Source: Candidatus Bathyarchaeota archaeon (GTDB lineage Archaea > Thermoproteota > Bathyarchaeia > Bathyarchaeales > Bathycorpusculaceae). Taken from it: DNA of 64,000 nt. Below the pieces are notes generated by a model. That model worked only from the letters and a program-made list of their open reading frames with translations, searched no databases and was not told the DNA's origin. A program made the translations under genes and the position numbers. Location of the stretch: the NCBI GenBank assembly GCA_963767735.1, contig CAVYES010000002.1, forward strand, positions 192,001 to 256,000, given 5' to 3'. Every line of letters starts with the position of its first letter. Position 1 is the first letter of the stretch. Shown piece by piece: positions 8,875-18,713 of the stretch.

Positions 8875-10119
8875 CTATTGAGAGATAAATTGAAGCACCG
8901 AATCAAATTGTCCCAAATCACTCATAACATTTTTTATGTCTTTAACGCTTAATGCCTCACGTTTTTTATGCAGTTCACTGATGATTTCGTACACGCAATC
9001 GAAAGCTGTTTTCACGTCTAAATCGTTATTCATGCCCTTCTCGAAAAGAGAAAGGATGGTGCCATTGGTCCCCTCTGTTGTCTTCTCTGCATCGGAATTT
9101 GCTGGTTTTTGATTTTGTAAGTCTTGAACCATGCTTTTAAAGGAGTCCAGTTTTCGGCTAGTTTCAACTAACTTTACGAAGGTGAAGTTTAGCTTTTTTC
9201 TGTATGGTCTATATGTGAGAAAGAACCTTAATTGTTCGCCGCTGAATCCTTTCCCTAAAATATCGCTTGTGTAATACACGTTGCCAGTGCTCTTAGACAT
9301 TTTTTTGCCGTTAATAAAGAGGTGCGCCCCGTGAAGCCAATAACGCGAGAACTGTTTGCCGCTGACAGCTTCTGCAATGGCAAGCGTATAATCGTGGTGT
9401 CTAACTAAATTGTCAATTCCGCCGCAGGCAACATCAATCGTAAAGCCCAGATGCTTAGTTACTATGGCAGCATCCTGAATATTCCACGCTGGCCTACCTC
9501 CTCCAATCGGCGCCACATAGCAAACGGCGTCTTGTTTGCAGCCATCCCAAATAATAAAGTCGCCTCTGTTCCAAGGGGTCCCAGGATACGTGTCCAGATG
9601 GAAGCGGCGCTTCTTTTTTGGCCACTTGCTCATGTCCAAATGCGCCAGTTTTCCAAAACCCTTGAATTTTAGGGGGTCAAAATAAACGTTTTTTGCACCG
9701 TTGTACGTGTACCAGTAGGCGTAGCCCTTCTCTAACAGCTGCACCGTCAATTTTGCTGCTTGGTCTACAGCTGAGGATGCTCTTATCGCGTAGTCTGGAG
9801 TTTTAATTTTTAAGAGCTTGAAGTCCTCGAAGAAGATGATTTCGTTTTTTCTTGTCAGTTCTTCTATGGTGAGGTTTTCTTTTTTTGCCTCTGTTATGGC
9901 TTTGTCTTCTACATCCGTTAAGGTCATTAGGCGGGTAACTTTGTAGCCTAAGTATTCCATGTAGCGTTGAAGCATATCTTCGAAAAGGAAGGTGCGGTAG
10001 TTTCCAATATGCGCTCGCTGATACGTCGATGGACCGCAAGTGTACATTTTAACCTGCATGTCTTCGGCAGGCTCGAATGGCTCAATAGTTCGTGTGAGAG
10101 TATTGTATAAACTCAGCAA
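8875..10119 (-). CDS. Cysteinyl-tRNA synthetase-like protein, truncated, with atypical active site
   Basis: YTCGP, HIGN, KMSKS intact; WHIEC replaced by WNIQD and PHHENE by RHHDYT; 414 aa, no C-terminal anticodon domain. Confidence 0.85.
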   Translation of the reverse strand: MLSLYNTLTRTIEPFEPAEDMQVKMYTCGPSTYQRAHIGNYRTFLFEDMLQRYMEYLGYKVTRLMTLTDVEDKAITEAKKENLTIEELTRKNEIIFFEDFKLLKIKTPDYAIRASSAVDQAAKLTVQLLEKGYAYWYTYNGAKNVYFDPLKFKGFGKLAHLDMSKWPKKKRRFHLDTYPGTPWNRGDFIIWDGCKQDAVCYVAPIGGGRPAWNIQDAAIVTKHLGFTIDVACGGIDNLVRHHDYTLAIAEAVSGKQFSRYWLHGAHLFINGKKMSKSTGNVYYTSDILGKGFSGEQLRFFLTYRPYRKKLNFTFVKLVETSRKLDSFKSMVQDLQNQKPANSDAEKTTEGTNGTILSLFEKGMNNDLDVKTAFDCVYEIISELHKKREALSVKDIKNVMSDLGQFDSVLQFISQ

Positions 10120-10135
10120 TAGATGGCTTCTCCAT

Positions 10136-10612
10136 TTAAGCGGTGACTTGCCCCTCTTTTTCCAGTTCCCTTAGCGTGTTTTTGGCTTCTTCCACATGCT
10201 GTTGAGTTTGAGTTTGGGAATTGAAAATATGCCTGACAATGCCCTTCTTGTCAATTATGTACGTGACTCGACCGGGAACTATGCCCAAGTTTGAGGGAAC
10301 CCCGTATAGCTTGCGGACCTTGTTTCCCTCGTCGCTTAGCAGGATGAAGGGTAAGCTATAATGAGTTGCAAAAGACTTATGCGACTCCACACTTTGCCCA
10401 CTTACCCCAAGCACCTCAGCGCCCAAATTTGTTAGTTCCTCGTAGCTATCTCTGAAACTGCAGGCTTCTCTTACGCAGCCAGTCGTTTCATCTTTAGGAT
10501 AAAAATATAAAACTACATTCTTTTTGCCGAAGAATTCTGAAAGCGTAACATTATCCCCCATTTGAGAGGGAAGCGTGAAATCGGGCGCTTTATCGCCAAC
10601 TTTAACAGACAA
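10136..10612 (-). CDS. bcp: Peroxiredoxin (BCP/PrxQ)
   Basis: [20 protein letters not shown]. Confidence 0.92.
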   Translation of the reverse strand: MSVKVGDKAPDFTLPSQMGDNVTLSEFFGKKNVVLYFYPKDETTGCVREACSFRDSYEELTNLGAEVLGVSGQSVESHKSFATHYSLPFILLSDEGNKVRKLYGVPSNLGIVPGRVTYIIDKKGIVRHIFNSQTQTQQHVEEAKNTLRELEKEGQVTA

Positions 10613-10859
10613 AAAATCACCGATTAATGAAACGTCAGACAGCTATTATTCTTTTCGCATAAGGTTCCGTTAAGTCTTGAGGTGATTACTCTCAGTGTAT
10701 TAACTGACAATGATGACATACGTTTGGAAAGAAAAAAACCTGATTTGGTTTTCAGCAACCTTTTTATTTAGCAAATAGAAAAATCTGTTTATCAGTGTAG
10801 CCATAAATAGAAGAAATCTGCTAGATAGAGCGAGTCGGTTAATCCTGGAGCGATTAAAA

Positions 10860-11411
10860 ATGGATAAGGGGCAACTCGTAAGTATTTTGGCTGCGGTCAT
10901 TGCTGTTTCAATTTGCCTTAATGCCGTTCTATACTATCAAAATTACAGTATCAATCGGCAAAAGAATGATTTTACCGCTTTTTATAATGAGTTTGGAAAT
11001 GTTTCCCTTCAAAGTATAAGCTACAATTTTTCTCCACCCGTTTCAATGTACCACGCTCTTAAAATCGCGCTGGAAAACGGCGGTTGGAACAGCACTTCAC
11101 TTGAAAACATGACGGTAAAGGTTTCCTTAGGCTACTTCGAATTCTGGAACGATTCTATTATAATAAAAAATCCTTATGATAACACAACCTCAGGACCTGG
11201 TCAAGGTTCCGAATTTTTATATTCAGTTACACATCCAGTTAACGACTACTCAGCTGTTACTGCTAAAAATGCTACTTACACTATGACCTACAGGTACATC
11301 TGGACCATAATGGTCGAGCCGAGTTCAGGCGGTTTTTCCATTCCGCCTCCAGGGCTTTATTGGGTTGACGCCGCAACAGCGGAAATAATCCCGACAGGAC
11401 CGCTATTTTAA
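10860..11411 (+). CDS. Secreted or membrane-anchored hypothetical protein
   Basis: N-terminal hydrophobic helix, many NxS/T sequons, PepSY-like WVDAATAEI end. Confidence 0.7.
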   Translation: MDKGQLVSILAAVIAVSICLNAVLYYQNYSINRQKNDFTAFYNEFGNVSLQSISYNFSPPVSMYHALKIALENGGWNSTSLENMTVKVSLGYFEFWNDSIIIKNPYDNTTSGPGQGSEFLYSVTHPVNDYSAVTAKNATYTMTYRYIWTIMVEPSSGGFSIPPPGLYWVDAATAEIIPTGPLF

Positions 11412-11552
11412 CTCTCAAATAAACAGTAGCCAAAGCACAAATTAACTCGCAGCCCGAAGCTACCACCATTTCTCTACTTACATAATCAGCAGAACCCTCA
11501 TCGCATTCACAGTCAGTTAAATGTTATAAGAAACGGAAACTTAGTAGAGGTT

Positions 11553-12158
11553 ATGGAAAAAACATTATCCGCCGCCGGTCATAAATGTCCGGTTTTGTAC
11601 TTCATTGCGCCCGGGGTTCCGGTTGTTTTTTTGCATGGATTATCTTATACTTCGGATATTTGGCAGAGTATTGGGGTAACGGAGCTGTTAATTGAGAAGC
11701 AGGTGCCTTTCTTAGCTTTAGACATGCCTTACGGTTTGAGAAGCAAGTGCCAACCTAAAACCAGAAACCCAGCGGCTAACGTAGCGGTCGTGGCGGAGGC
11801 TATCAAGAGGCTATTCGGTTCTTCAGTGCCTGTTCTTGTCGGCGCCAGTATAGGCGGACACGTAGCGTTACGGTATGCCACTCAGTTTCCTGTAAAAGGC
11901 TTACTTCTGATTTCACCGGGCCGAGCGTTTGAGGAAGATTTATTGAAGTCTTATGGCAATTTTAATTTTCCAGTTAGGATAATTTGGGGTTCACAAGACA
12001 ACCTCATATCAGGCGAAGAAATGAGAACCTTATCAGATAAGCTGCCTAACGCTAAACTCTTAGTCTACTATGGCGCAGCGCATTCAGCGTATAAAGATCA
12101 GCCAGAACTGTTCAAAAAAGACCTCCTCGAACTTTACGCTACGGCTGAGCAAACATGA
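11553..12158 (+). CDS. Alpha/beta hydrolase
   Basis: FLHG, GASIGG, WGSQD, AAH. Confidence 0.85.
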   Translation: MEKTLSAAGHKCPVLYFIAPGVPVVFLHGLSYTSDIWQSIGVTELLIEKQVPFLALDMPYGLRSKCQPKTRNPAANVAVVAEAIKRLFGSSVPVLVGASIGGHVALRYATQFPVKGLLLISPGRAFEEDLLKSYGNFNFPVRIIWGSQDNLISGEEMRTLSDKLPNAKLLVYYGAAHSAYKDQPELFKKDLLELYATAEQT

Positions 12159-12168
12159 TTTTGCTCGA

Positions 12169-12723
12169 TCAAGGTTTTGCGCTAACTACGTAATGGTAGC
12201 TTCCAACATCTTTAATGCCTTCAATTTGGAAGCCTGCATTTTTAATCAAGCTTGACGCATGTTCTTCTGTAAACCTAATTTTGATCGGCGGCCCAAAAGG
12301 CATGTCTTGCTTTTTCCAATCTAAATCAACTAGCCGCCCAGCAGGTTTTATCATCCGTTTCGCGTTTAGCAGCACTTTGGCGGGATCATTAAAATCATGA
12401 AGCACCATGCTAAAGAAAACAAAATCAGCGCATTTGCTACAGAAAACCGTTTCTTCAGCCGCCCCGACTTTAGCAATTATATTTTCTAAGCCTTTTGCTT
12501 TGGCTTTGCGGTTTAGTTTTTCAATTGCCGAAGCGTCTGAGTCCACGGCGTAGACTTTTCCTTTTTCGCCTATCTTTTTGGCTGCTAAAATGCTGAAGAA
12601 GCCGTCACCGCAGCCTATGTCCATGAAAGTCATGGCTAAGTGTAAGTCTTGCAGGATAGCCTCTGGATTATACCAAGAGCGTCGTGTTGCTTCGTCAAGG
12701 GAGAAACCGCCATGGCAGCCCAT
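12169..12723 (-). CDS. Class I SAM methyltransferase (UbiE-like)
   Basis: DIGCGDG, VYAVD, VLHD, DW...GPP. Confidence 0.85.
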   Translation of the reverse strand: MGCHGGFSLDEATRRSWYNPEAILQDLHLAMTFMDIGCGDGFFSILAAKKIGEKGKVYAVDSDASAIEKLNRKAKAKGLENIIAKVGAAEETVFCSKCADFVFFSMVLHDFNDPAKVLLNAKRMIKPAGRLVDLDWKKQDMPFGPPIKIRFTEEHASSLIKNAGFQIEGIKDVGSYHYVVSAKP

Positions 12724-12738
12724 GTCTAAGACCGTCGG

Positions 12739-13041
12739 TTATGGCTGAAGCAGTTCTCTTATTTGTTTCTCATGCGTCTGTCGAGTCGTTAGCGTGTATA
12801 TTTCTCGGTCACACTCAAAAAACAATGGATCTTGTCCTATCACTTTTGAGAGTTTCTCGTCCGAATCAACATTCACAATCAGCATGCTGCCTTGCTGCCC
12901 GATAAGATGGTAGTAGACTTCAAGCGTCTTCTCCTTCTCCAATTTATCAAAATACTTGAATTGCAGTGGAAGCAGTTTAGCCCATTTCTCGATGGGAACC
13001 TCACGTTTTACTTTTTGTATGATTAAAAACTTCATGTTCAT
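12739..13041 (-). CDS. Muconolactone isomerase-like small protein
   Basis: 100 aa; IVNVDSDEKL...DPLF pattern. Confidence 0.55.
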   Translation of the reverse strand: MNMKFLIIQKVKREVPIEKWAKLLPLQFKYFDKLEKEKTLEVYYHLIGQQGSMLIVNVDSDEKLSKVIGQDPLFFECDREIYTLTTRQTHEKQIRELLQP

Positions 13042-13179
13042 CCTTAAAGAAAATATTGCGTGTTAGTATAAAATCTTTCTTTAAAAATAAAGAGTGTAAA
13101 AGCTTTAAATAATTTGATAAACAAAAGTTTTTTTTTTAAAAAAATAAGAAAAAGGTCAGTTAATTCATGGTTGAAGCGC

Positions 13180-13332
13180 TTACTCTTTCTTTTCGTTGTG
13201 CCCCTTCCACATTTCCTGCATCCTCATTGGCCACTTGGACGCTGCATCTTTCGCTAAATCCATCAGCTCTTCGTTTACTTCAACCTCTAATGTTATTTTC
13301 AATTTGCCTTTCTTCTCTGGCATCTCAGTCAT
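13180..13332 (-). CDS. 50-aa hypothetical protein (not in ORF track)
   Basis: MTEMPEKKGKLKITLEVEVNEELMDLAKDAASKWPMRMQEMWKGHNEKKE; GGAGGTGG SD; overlaps stop of upstream ORF. Confidence 0.7.
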   Translation of the reverse strand: MTEMPEKKGKLKITLEVEVNEELMDLAKDAASKWPMRMQEMWKGHNEKKE

Positions 13333-13627
13333 GGAACCACCTCCTAAACGGGCTTATTTGCTTGGGGAATAAGTTAGCTAGAAGATGAATCGCCTGCATG
13401 CCAGTTAAATCTAGATCGATTACAACACGGTAATGGAACTTGCCTAATCGTTTAGTTTTAGTTTTGTAGTTTCCAATTATGCCCGCTTCCTTGTATCTGT
13501 GCAGCTGTCGATTTAGCGCTATAGTTATGGCTGTCGGCGCTAGCGGTTCAAAAACAAAAGTAACTCTTAACAGAACACGAATTACACTTGTTATAAGAGC
13601 TTCAGATACGGACTCTTCCTCAGTCAT
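13325..13627 (-). CDS. Hypothetical protein
   Basis: 100-aa ORF coupled to the 50-aa ORF. Confidence 0.65.
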   Translation of the reverse strand: MTEEESVSEALITSVIRVLLRVTFVFEPLAPTAITIALNRQLHRYKEAGIIGNYKTKTKRLGKFHYRVVIDLDLTGMQAIHLLANLFPKQISPFRRWFHD

Positions 13628-13761
13628 TTTTCATCCTTCCAAAACATCAAAATCCTTATGTTCGCTCCTGTTAGAAAGAAGCAAAGACTTAATTATAAAC
13701 TAGGGGGCGCGATTTTTTTAAGGTTGTGTGACTGTCATAACCCAACAACAAGGCGACTATT

Positions 13762-14262
13762 TTGGCGCTTGAAGATTTAAACTTGCAAATTTACGGTTGC
13801 AGAAAATGCAGGCTTTGGCAGGGAGCAAAACATGCTGTGCCAGGTGAGGGCCCATTAGACGCGGGGGCTATGCTGGTGGGGCAGAACCCGGGCGCTGACG
13901 AGGATGAAACTGGCAGACCTTTCGTTGGCAGAGCTGGAAAATTCCTGACCAAGGCGTTAGCTGATAATGGCATAAAACGTGAAGACATCTTCATAACTAA
14001 CATTGTTAAGCACGTTTCTCCACAGAACAGAAAACCCTACCCTGACGAGGTCGCGGCATGCTTACCCTACTTAAACATGCAAATAAGCGTTATTAAACCA
14101 AAAATAATCGTGTTGCTTGGTGCGTCAGCAAAGGATACCCCGCGATTGAAGGGCATACGATACGTTGAAGTTATTCATCCTTCAGCAGCCATGCGCTTTA
14201 ATAAAATGAACGCAAAATTCCAGGAACAAATCGCTGACCTATCAAAACAGTTGAATACATAA
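13762..14262 (+). CDS. udg: Uracil-DNA glycosylase, family 4-like
   Basis: CRKC, GQNPG, GRPFVGRAG, TNIVKH, HPSA. Confidence 0.9.
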   Translation: MALEDLNLQIYGCRKCRLWQGAKHAVPGEGPLDAGAMLVGQNPGADEDETGRPFVGRAGKFLTKALADNGIKREDIFITNIVKHVSPQNRKPYPDEVAACLPYLNMQISVIKPKIIVLLGASAKDTPRLKGIRYVEVIHPSAAMRFNKMNAKFQEQIADLSKQLNT

Positions 14263-14346
14263 CAATCATGGGGCTTGATGACTATTTACGAATGCATCAG
14301 CACCGCTACTGTAAAACACAAACTGGGAATGAAAAAACTAGAAAAT

Positions 14347-14679
14347 TCAATGTTTATTTGGCAGCAGAGCACTTGACGAGCTGGAAATCATCGAGTAATC
14401 GTAACCGCAATCTATCTTTAATTTATGACTTTTGAGGTACTCTTCAAGTTCCTCTGAACATGGTTCATTCGTTACAGTTGAATCAGTTAAGATTACGTAG
14501 CCCTCTGTCTCCGTATCAAAAACACCCCATTCAATGAACCCTTTGAATATCTTTGGGTGGCACGAAGGAAATTTCTTTGAAAACTCTATAGTCTCGGCAA
14601 AATCCATAGAAAACTGACCATTTATATCTAACTTGGCTCGCGGGATACTTAAAGAATTGTGACTGCAAATAAGATACAA
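14347..14679 (-). CDS. Hypothetical protein
   Basis: 110-aa ORF, start uncertain. Confidence 0.5.
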   Translation of the reverse strand: MYLICSHNSLSIPRAKLDINGQFSMDFAETIEFSKKFPSCHPKIFKGFIEWGVFDTETEGYVILTDSTVTNEPCSEELEEYLKSHKLKIDCGYDYSMISSSSSALLPNKH

Positions 14680-14748
14680 TAACAGACATCAGGCGTCCAA
14701 AAAAAAGAAAAAAGTGCCTGGAGTTTTCAGTGTACTATAATTGGGAAG

Positions 14749-14825
14749 TGGCGCCGTCGAAAGGATTCGGACCTTTGACCGACTGGTTAACAGCCAGCCG
14801 CTCTACCGGGCTGAGCCACGACGGC
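14749..14825 (-). tRNA. tRNA-Asn(GTT), CCA encoded
   Basis: GCCGTCG TG GCTC AGCCCGGTA GAGC G GCTGG CTGTTAA CCAGT CGGTC AAAGG TCCGAAT CCTTT CGACGGC G CCA. Confidence 0.95.
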
Positions 14826-14895
14826 ACATCATAACGCTTACTGCACTTTTCAGTTCCAATATACTATTTAAGTGTGTCTTTAAGAAAAAAGAAAC

Positions 14896-16377
14896 CTATT
14901 CTATCCGTCGCACTTTGTACTTCGCTAATGCTGAGAAGCCCTTATAGAATTCTTTTGTTACGTGCTGGTACCATTTGTCGGAAAATGATAAATCAATCAG
15001 GTTGTCAACCCAGCGGAAGTCACGTTCGGCGCATTGGATCAAAAGTTTCCTGTGCAATTCATTTAGTTTGGTGTTTGTAAACCAGTCTTCACTTGTCAGA
15101 TGGCCCAGCGGAACAAAGAACAGGGGCACAATGAGGCATCGCATGTCTTTGAGGTCGTCGATTAAATCCATTGTTTTCAGGATGTCTGATTCCTGTTCTT
15201 CAGGTAACCCAACAATTATTGTGCAGGCAGGAGCAAGCATGTTGTCATGCATTGCGCCGAGGCCATCCACGACCACGTCATGCCAGTTATCAGCGCTAAA
15301 TGGGTGTGCCTTGGCGGGCATAATCTTCTTGGCAATCTCTGAAGAACCGGTTTCTATTCCTACTTCTGCACCCCACCATGCTTGATTTTGCAAAATAAGC
15401 TCCGATAACTTGGAAAGAAGCTTGGGGTTTGCTGCTACAGCAGCTAAGGAACAGTGGCTCCAACTTACGCCATTAGCCCTTTTCGTTACGGACTCATGCA
15501 GCTTTACGAGTTTTTCTTCGTTCGGTATTGTATTTTTGGAGCCGTAAAGCATGACATCTTCCGCGTGAAGACACACACCCCGGTAGTTTGCGTCAATGTT
15601 AACGCTTAATTCGCGCTCAATCTTTTCAATCGGAAACCAACGCAAAGGCCTCAACGTAACATTGCAAAATTGGCATCCCCTACAGCAGCCTCTGCCAATT
15701 TCAACCAAACCGTTAACTGAAGGCTTAACAATGTCAGGAATTTCTTCCAAAGTAGGCGCCTCATCAACTCCAGCTTCATAATGACTTGGAATCTGCGCCC
15801 CTTCGATCGCGCCCCTAAAGATTTTTCCAATAATATTTTCTGTTTCCCCTTCGACGATGCAGTCAATACCTAAATCCTTAACGGCTTTCTCTCGATAATG
15901 AAACTGCCATGCGCCAGGTCCACCGACAATAACTTTTAATCCATTTTCCTTAGCTTTTTTAATGGCTGGACTTTTTAGCAAAACTTGAAAGTATTTTGCG
16001 AGGTACGGTTCTTTTTTGAAAAGTGATGCAAGAGTGGTAGATGCAGGTCCTAAACCGAATGGATCCATTGTGTGGACGCCAAGAACTTTTGCATCTTTAA
16101 GGTGGCTGCCTAAATGTTTTGGGCTTACTGTTTCGACGTTGAAGCCATCTTTTAAAAGCTGAGCTTCAATTTTTCTGAGTCCGTAAGGTGCTTGTACTGG
16201 ATGACCCTTTTCTGTTTTTAATTGGGGAAAGAAAAGGTAGCTGTAGAGCCATTCTGGAATAAAGTTTGGAGGGGCACACGTACCGAAACCTAGGAACTCG
16301 TTATTATGATAGTTACTCATTAAAGTCCTATCAGCAGTCAACACTACCTCTGCCAATGCCCGGTCGCCCTTCTTCAT
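14896..16377 (-). CDS. B12-binding radical SAM protein
   Basis: APYGLRKIEA, IVGGPG, CCRGCQFC. Confidence 0.88.
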   Translation of the reverse strand: MKKGDRALAEVVLTADRTLMSNYHNNEFLGFGTCAPPNFIPEWLYSYLFFPQLKTEKGHPVQAPYGLRKIEAQLLKDGFNVETVSPKHLGSHLKDAKVLGVHTMDPFGLGPASTTLASLFKKEPYLAKYFQVLLKSPAIKKAKENGLKVIVGGPGAWQFHYREKAVKDLGIDCIVEGETENIIGKIFRGAIEGAQIPSHYEAGVDEAPTLEEIPDIVKPSVNGLVEIGRGCCRGCQFCNVTLRPLRWFPIEKIERELSVNIDANYRGVCLHAEDVMLYGSKNTIPNEEKLVKLHESVTKRANGVSWSHCSLAAVAANPKLLSKLSELILQNQAWWGAEVGIETGSSEIAKKIMPAKAHPFSADNWHDVVVDGLGAMHDNMLAPACTIIVGLPEEQESDILKTMDLIDDLKDMRCLIVPLFFVPLGHLTSEDWFTNTKLNELHRKLLIQCAERDFRWVDNLIDLSFSDKWYQHVTKEFYKGFSALAKYKVRRIE

Positions 16378-16618
16378 TTAAAACCTTTGAATGTTCTTCA
16401 TAAAAGTGCGTGGCAGATATAACTTTATTGCTCACTTGTTTAACCTCAAAATCCAAAAATTTTAATTAACTGAACTTAACAATATCTGTAAGGATAACTT
16501 TGTAAACTTTAAAACGCTTAATTTTTACATTAAATGGGAAATTTGATAGTTTAGGCAGAAAAATATATCAAGGTATTTGACTATTTAATGAGAAAACGCG
16601 TTCGGAGAGAAAGATTGT

Positions 16619-17182
16619 TTGAAAAAAATGATTGAGTTTAGATGGCATGGTAGAGGGGGCCAAGGTGCATGGACAGCCAGCGAGTTACTAGCAAGAACGG
16701 CCCTAGATGAAGGCAAATACATTCAATCGTTCCCTGAATTTGGTCCTGAACGAATGGGTGCGCCCGTTACTGCCTTTACAAGAATAAGTACTGAACCAAT
16801 AAGATTACATTGCGCCATCTACGAACCAGACGTTATCGTCGTTTTAGATAACACCCTGCTGAAAACAGTTCCAGTTACAGCCGGATTAAACGATGACGAA
16901 GATATCCTAATTATTAATTCCTCCGAGGAACCGACTGCCCTAAAGAAAAGCCTTAAGGTGGCAAAAGGCAAGGTGTGGACTGTTCCAGCAACTGAAATTG
17001 CCATAAGAATTTTGGGAGCGCCAATTACCAACACGGCATTGCTAGGCTGTGTCGCTAAGGCAACTGGAATAGTCACGTTAGAAGGCATAGAGAAAACGTT
17101 GAAGGGACGTTTCAGGGCAGATTTGGCCGAGAAAAACTTCGCGATTCTTAAGGAAGCGTATGAGGAGGCAAAATCCGAATGA
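16619..17182 (+). CDS. porC: Pyruvate/2-oxoacid:ferredoxin oxidoreductase gamma subunit
   Basis: WHGRGGQG, FGPERMGAPV. Confidence 0.93.
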   Translation: MKKMIEFRWHGRGGQGAWTASELLARTALDEGKYIQSFPEFGPERMGAPVTAFTRISTEPIRLHCAIYEPDVIVVLDNTLLKTVPVTAGLNDDEDILIINSSEEPTALKKSLKVAKGKVWTVPATEIAIRILGAPITNTALLGCVAKATGIVTLEGIEKTLKGRFRADLAEKNFAILKEAYEEAKSE

Positions 17183-17460
17183 GTCAAGAAAAAAGTTGGA
17201 AAGAAATCTCTATAGCGGGAGTATGCTCAAAATCCAGCGTTGGATTCATGACTGGAGATTGGAAAACTTACATGCCTATACGAGACCTAGAAAAATGCAC
17301 GCTCTGTTTAACATGCGTAATGTTCTGCCCTGAAGGAGCAATAAAATTGGCCAAAGACAAAGGTCAAATCTGGTTTGATATGAACTTCTGCAAGGGCTGC
17401 GGAATATGCGCGAACGAATGCCCAACTAAAGCGATAACCATGAAACTGGAAAAGGAGTAG
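17179..17460 (+). CDS. porD: POR delta subunit (2x[4Fe-4S])
   Basis: TGDWK, CKGCGICANECP. Confidence 0.93.
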   Translation: MSQEKSWKEISIAGVCSKSSVGFMTGDWKTYMPIRDLEKCTLCLTCVMFCPEGAIKLAKDKGQIWFDMNFCKGCGICANECPTKAITMKLEKE

Positions 17461-17466
17461 AATAAC

Positions 17467-18699
17467 ATGGAAAAACAGGTAAAACAGGAAACTTTGGCTT
17501 TAAACGGAGACGAAGCAGTTGCTTTCGCCGTTAAACAATGCGATGTTGACGTAGTTGCTGCTTACCCAATTACACCTCAAACAATCATTGTTGAAAAATT
17601 CAGCGAATACGTCGCAAACGGGGAGGTCCAAACAGAATATGTTTGCACTGAATCAGAACACAGCGCCATGACTGCCTGTCTTGCCGCTGCAGCCACAGGT
17701 GCAAGAACTTTCACCGCCAGCGCTTCCGCAGGCTTAGCGTTGATGCATGAAATGCTGTTTGTCACGTCTGGTTTTCGGATGCCAGTTGTGATGGCTGTTG
17801 CTAACCGTGCACTGTCTGCACCGCTCAACATCCATGGTGATCACTCTGATAGCATGACTGAGAGAGACAGCGGTTGGATTCACATTTATGTTGAGAACGC
17901 TCAGGAAGCTTACGACTCAATTATTCAAGCTTTCAAGATCGCGGAAGACCTTGGCGTTTCTTTGCCGATCATTGTAGGGTTAGACGGCTTCACGATCAGT
18001 CATACGCTAGAAAGGGTCGATGTGCTCTCAGAAGATGAAGTAAAACAGTACATTGGAGAGCGAAAACTACCAAACGTGCTCACCCAGGAGGGAAAAACGG
18101 TTCCTTTCAAACTTGACCCCGAAAACCCCATGACGATGGGACCAAACGCACTGCAAAACTACTATTTTGAGTTTAAACGCCAACAGGAAGAAGGCATGAA
18201 GAATGCGTTAAAGAAAATACAAGAAGTCAACAGTGAATACACTAAAATCAGCGGCAGAAGTTACGGCAACGGACTAGTAGACGCGTATAAGCTTGAGGAT
18301 GCTGAAGTTGCAGTTGTCTGCATCGGATCAACCGCGGGAACATTAAAGGTGATTGTTGACCAGTTAAGGCAAGAAGGCGTTAAAGCTGGGGTTCTACGAC
18401 TCCGAACGTTTAGGCCATTGCCAGTCGAAGAGCTTCGAAATGCACTAAAAAACGTTAAAGCCATAGCAGTCATGGATAAAAGCATGAGTTTCGGTGGCTT
18501 CGGTGGTCCAGTTTTCAATGAAACCCGACATGTTCTGTACGATGCAGCGACGCGTCCGCTAGTCGTCAATTACATTTTCGGTTTAGGCGGAAGAGACACG
18601 AGCCCACGTGACCTGCGAAGGATCTTCGAAGACTTAGTACAAATCGCTAAAACCGGGGTCGTGGATACGCAAGTGCACTATTATGGAGTAAGGGACTAA
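17467..18699 (+). CDS. porA: POR alpha subunit
   Basis: AYPITPQT, ESEHSA, GLGGRD. Confidence 0.95.
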   Translation: MEKQVKQETLALNGDEAVAFAVKQCDVDVVAAYPITPQTIIVEKFSEYVANGEVQTEYVCTESEHSAMTACLAAAATGARTFTASASAGLALMHEMLFVTSGFRMPVVMAVANRALSAPLNIHGDHSDSMTERDSGWIHIYVENAQEAYDSIIQAFKIAEDLGVSLPIIVGLDGFTISHTLERVDVLSEDEVKQYIGERKLPNVLTQEGKTVPFKLDPENPMTMGPNALQNYYFEFKRQQEEGMKNALKKIQEVNSEYTKISGRSYGNGLVDAYKLEDAEVAVVCIGSTAGTLKVIVDQLRQEGVKAGVLRLRTFRPLPVEELRNALKNVKAIAVMDKSMSFGGFGGPVFNETRHVLYDAATRPLVVNYIFGLGGRDTSPRDLRRIFEDLVQIAKTGVVDTQVHYYGVRD

Positions 18700-18713
18700 A
18701 GGAGGAAAAATAG

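Noticed and set aside
14741-14947. Short shadow ORFs (this one and the many antisense ORFs in the track)
   Set aside because: They overlap tRNAs or well-supported genes and have no motifs.
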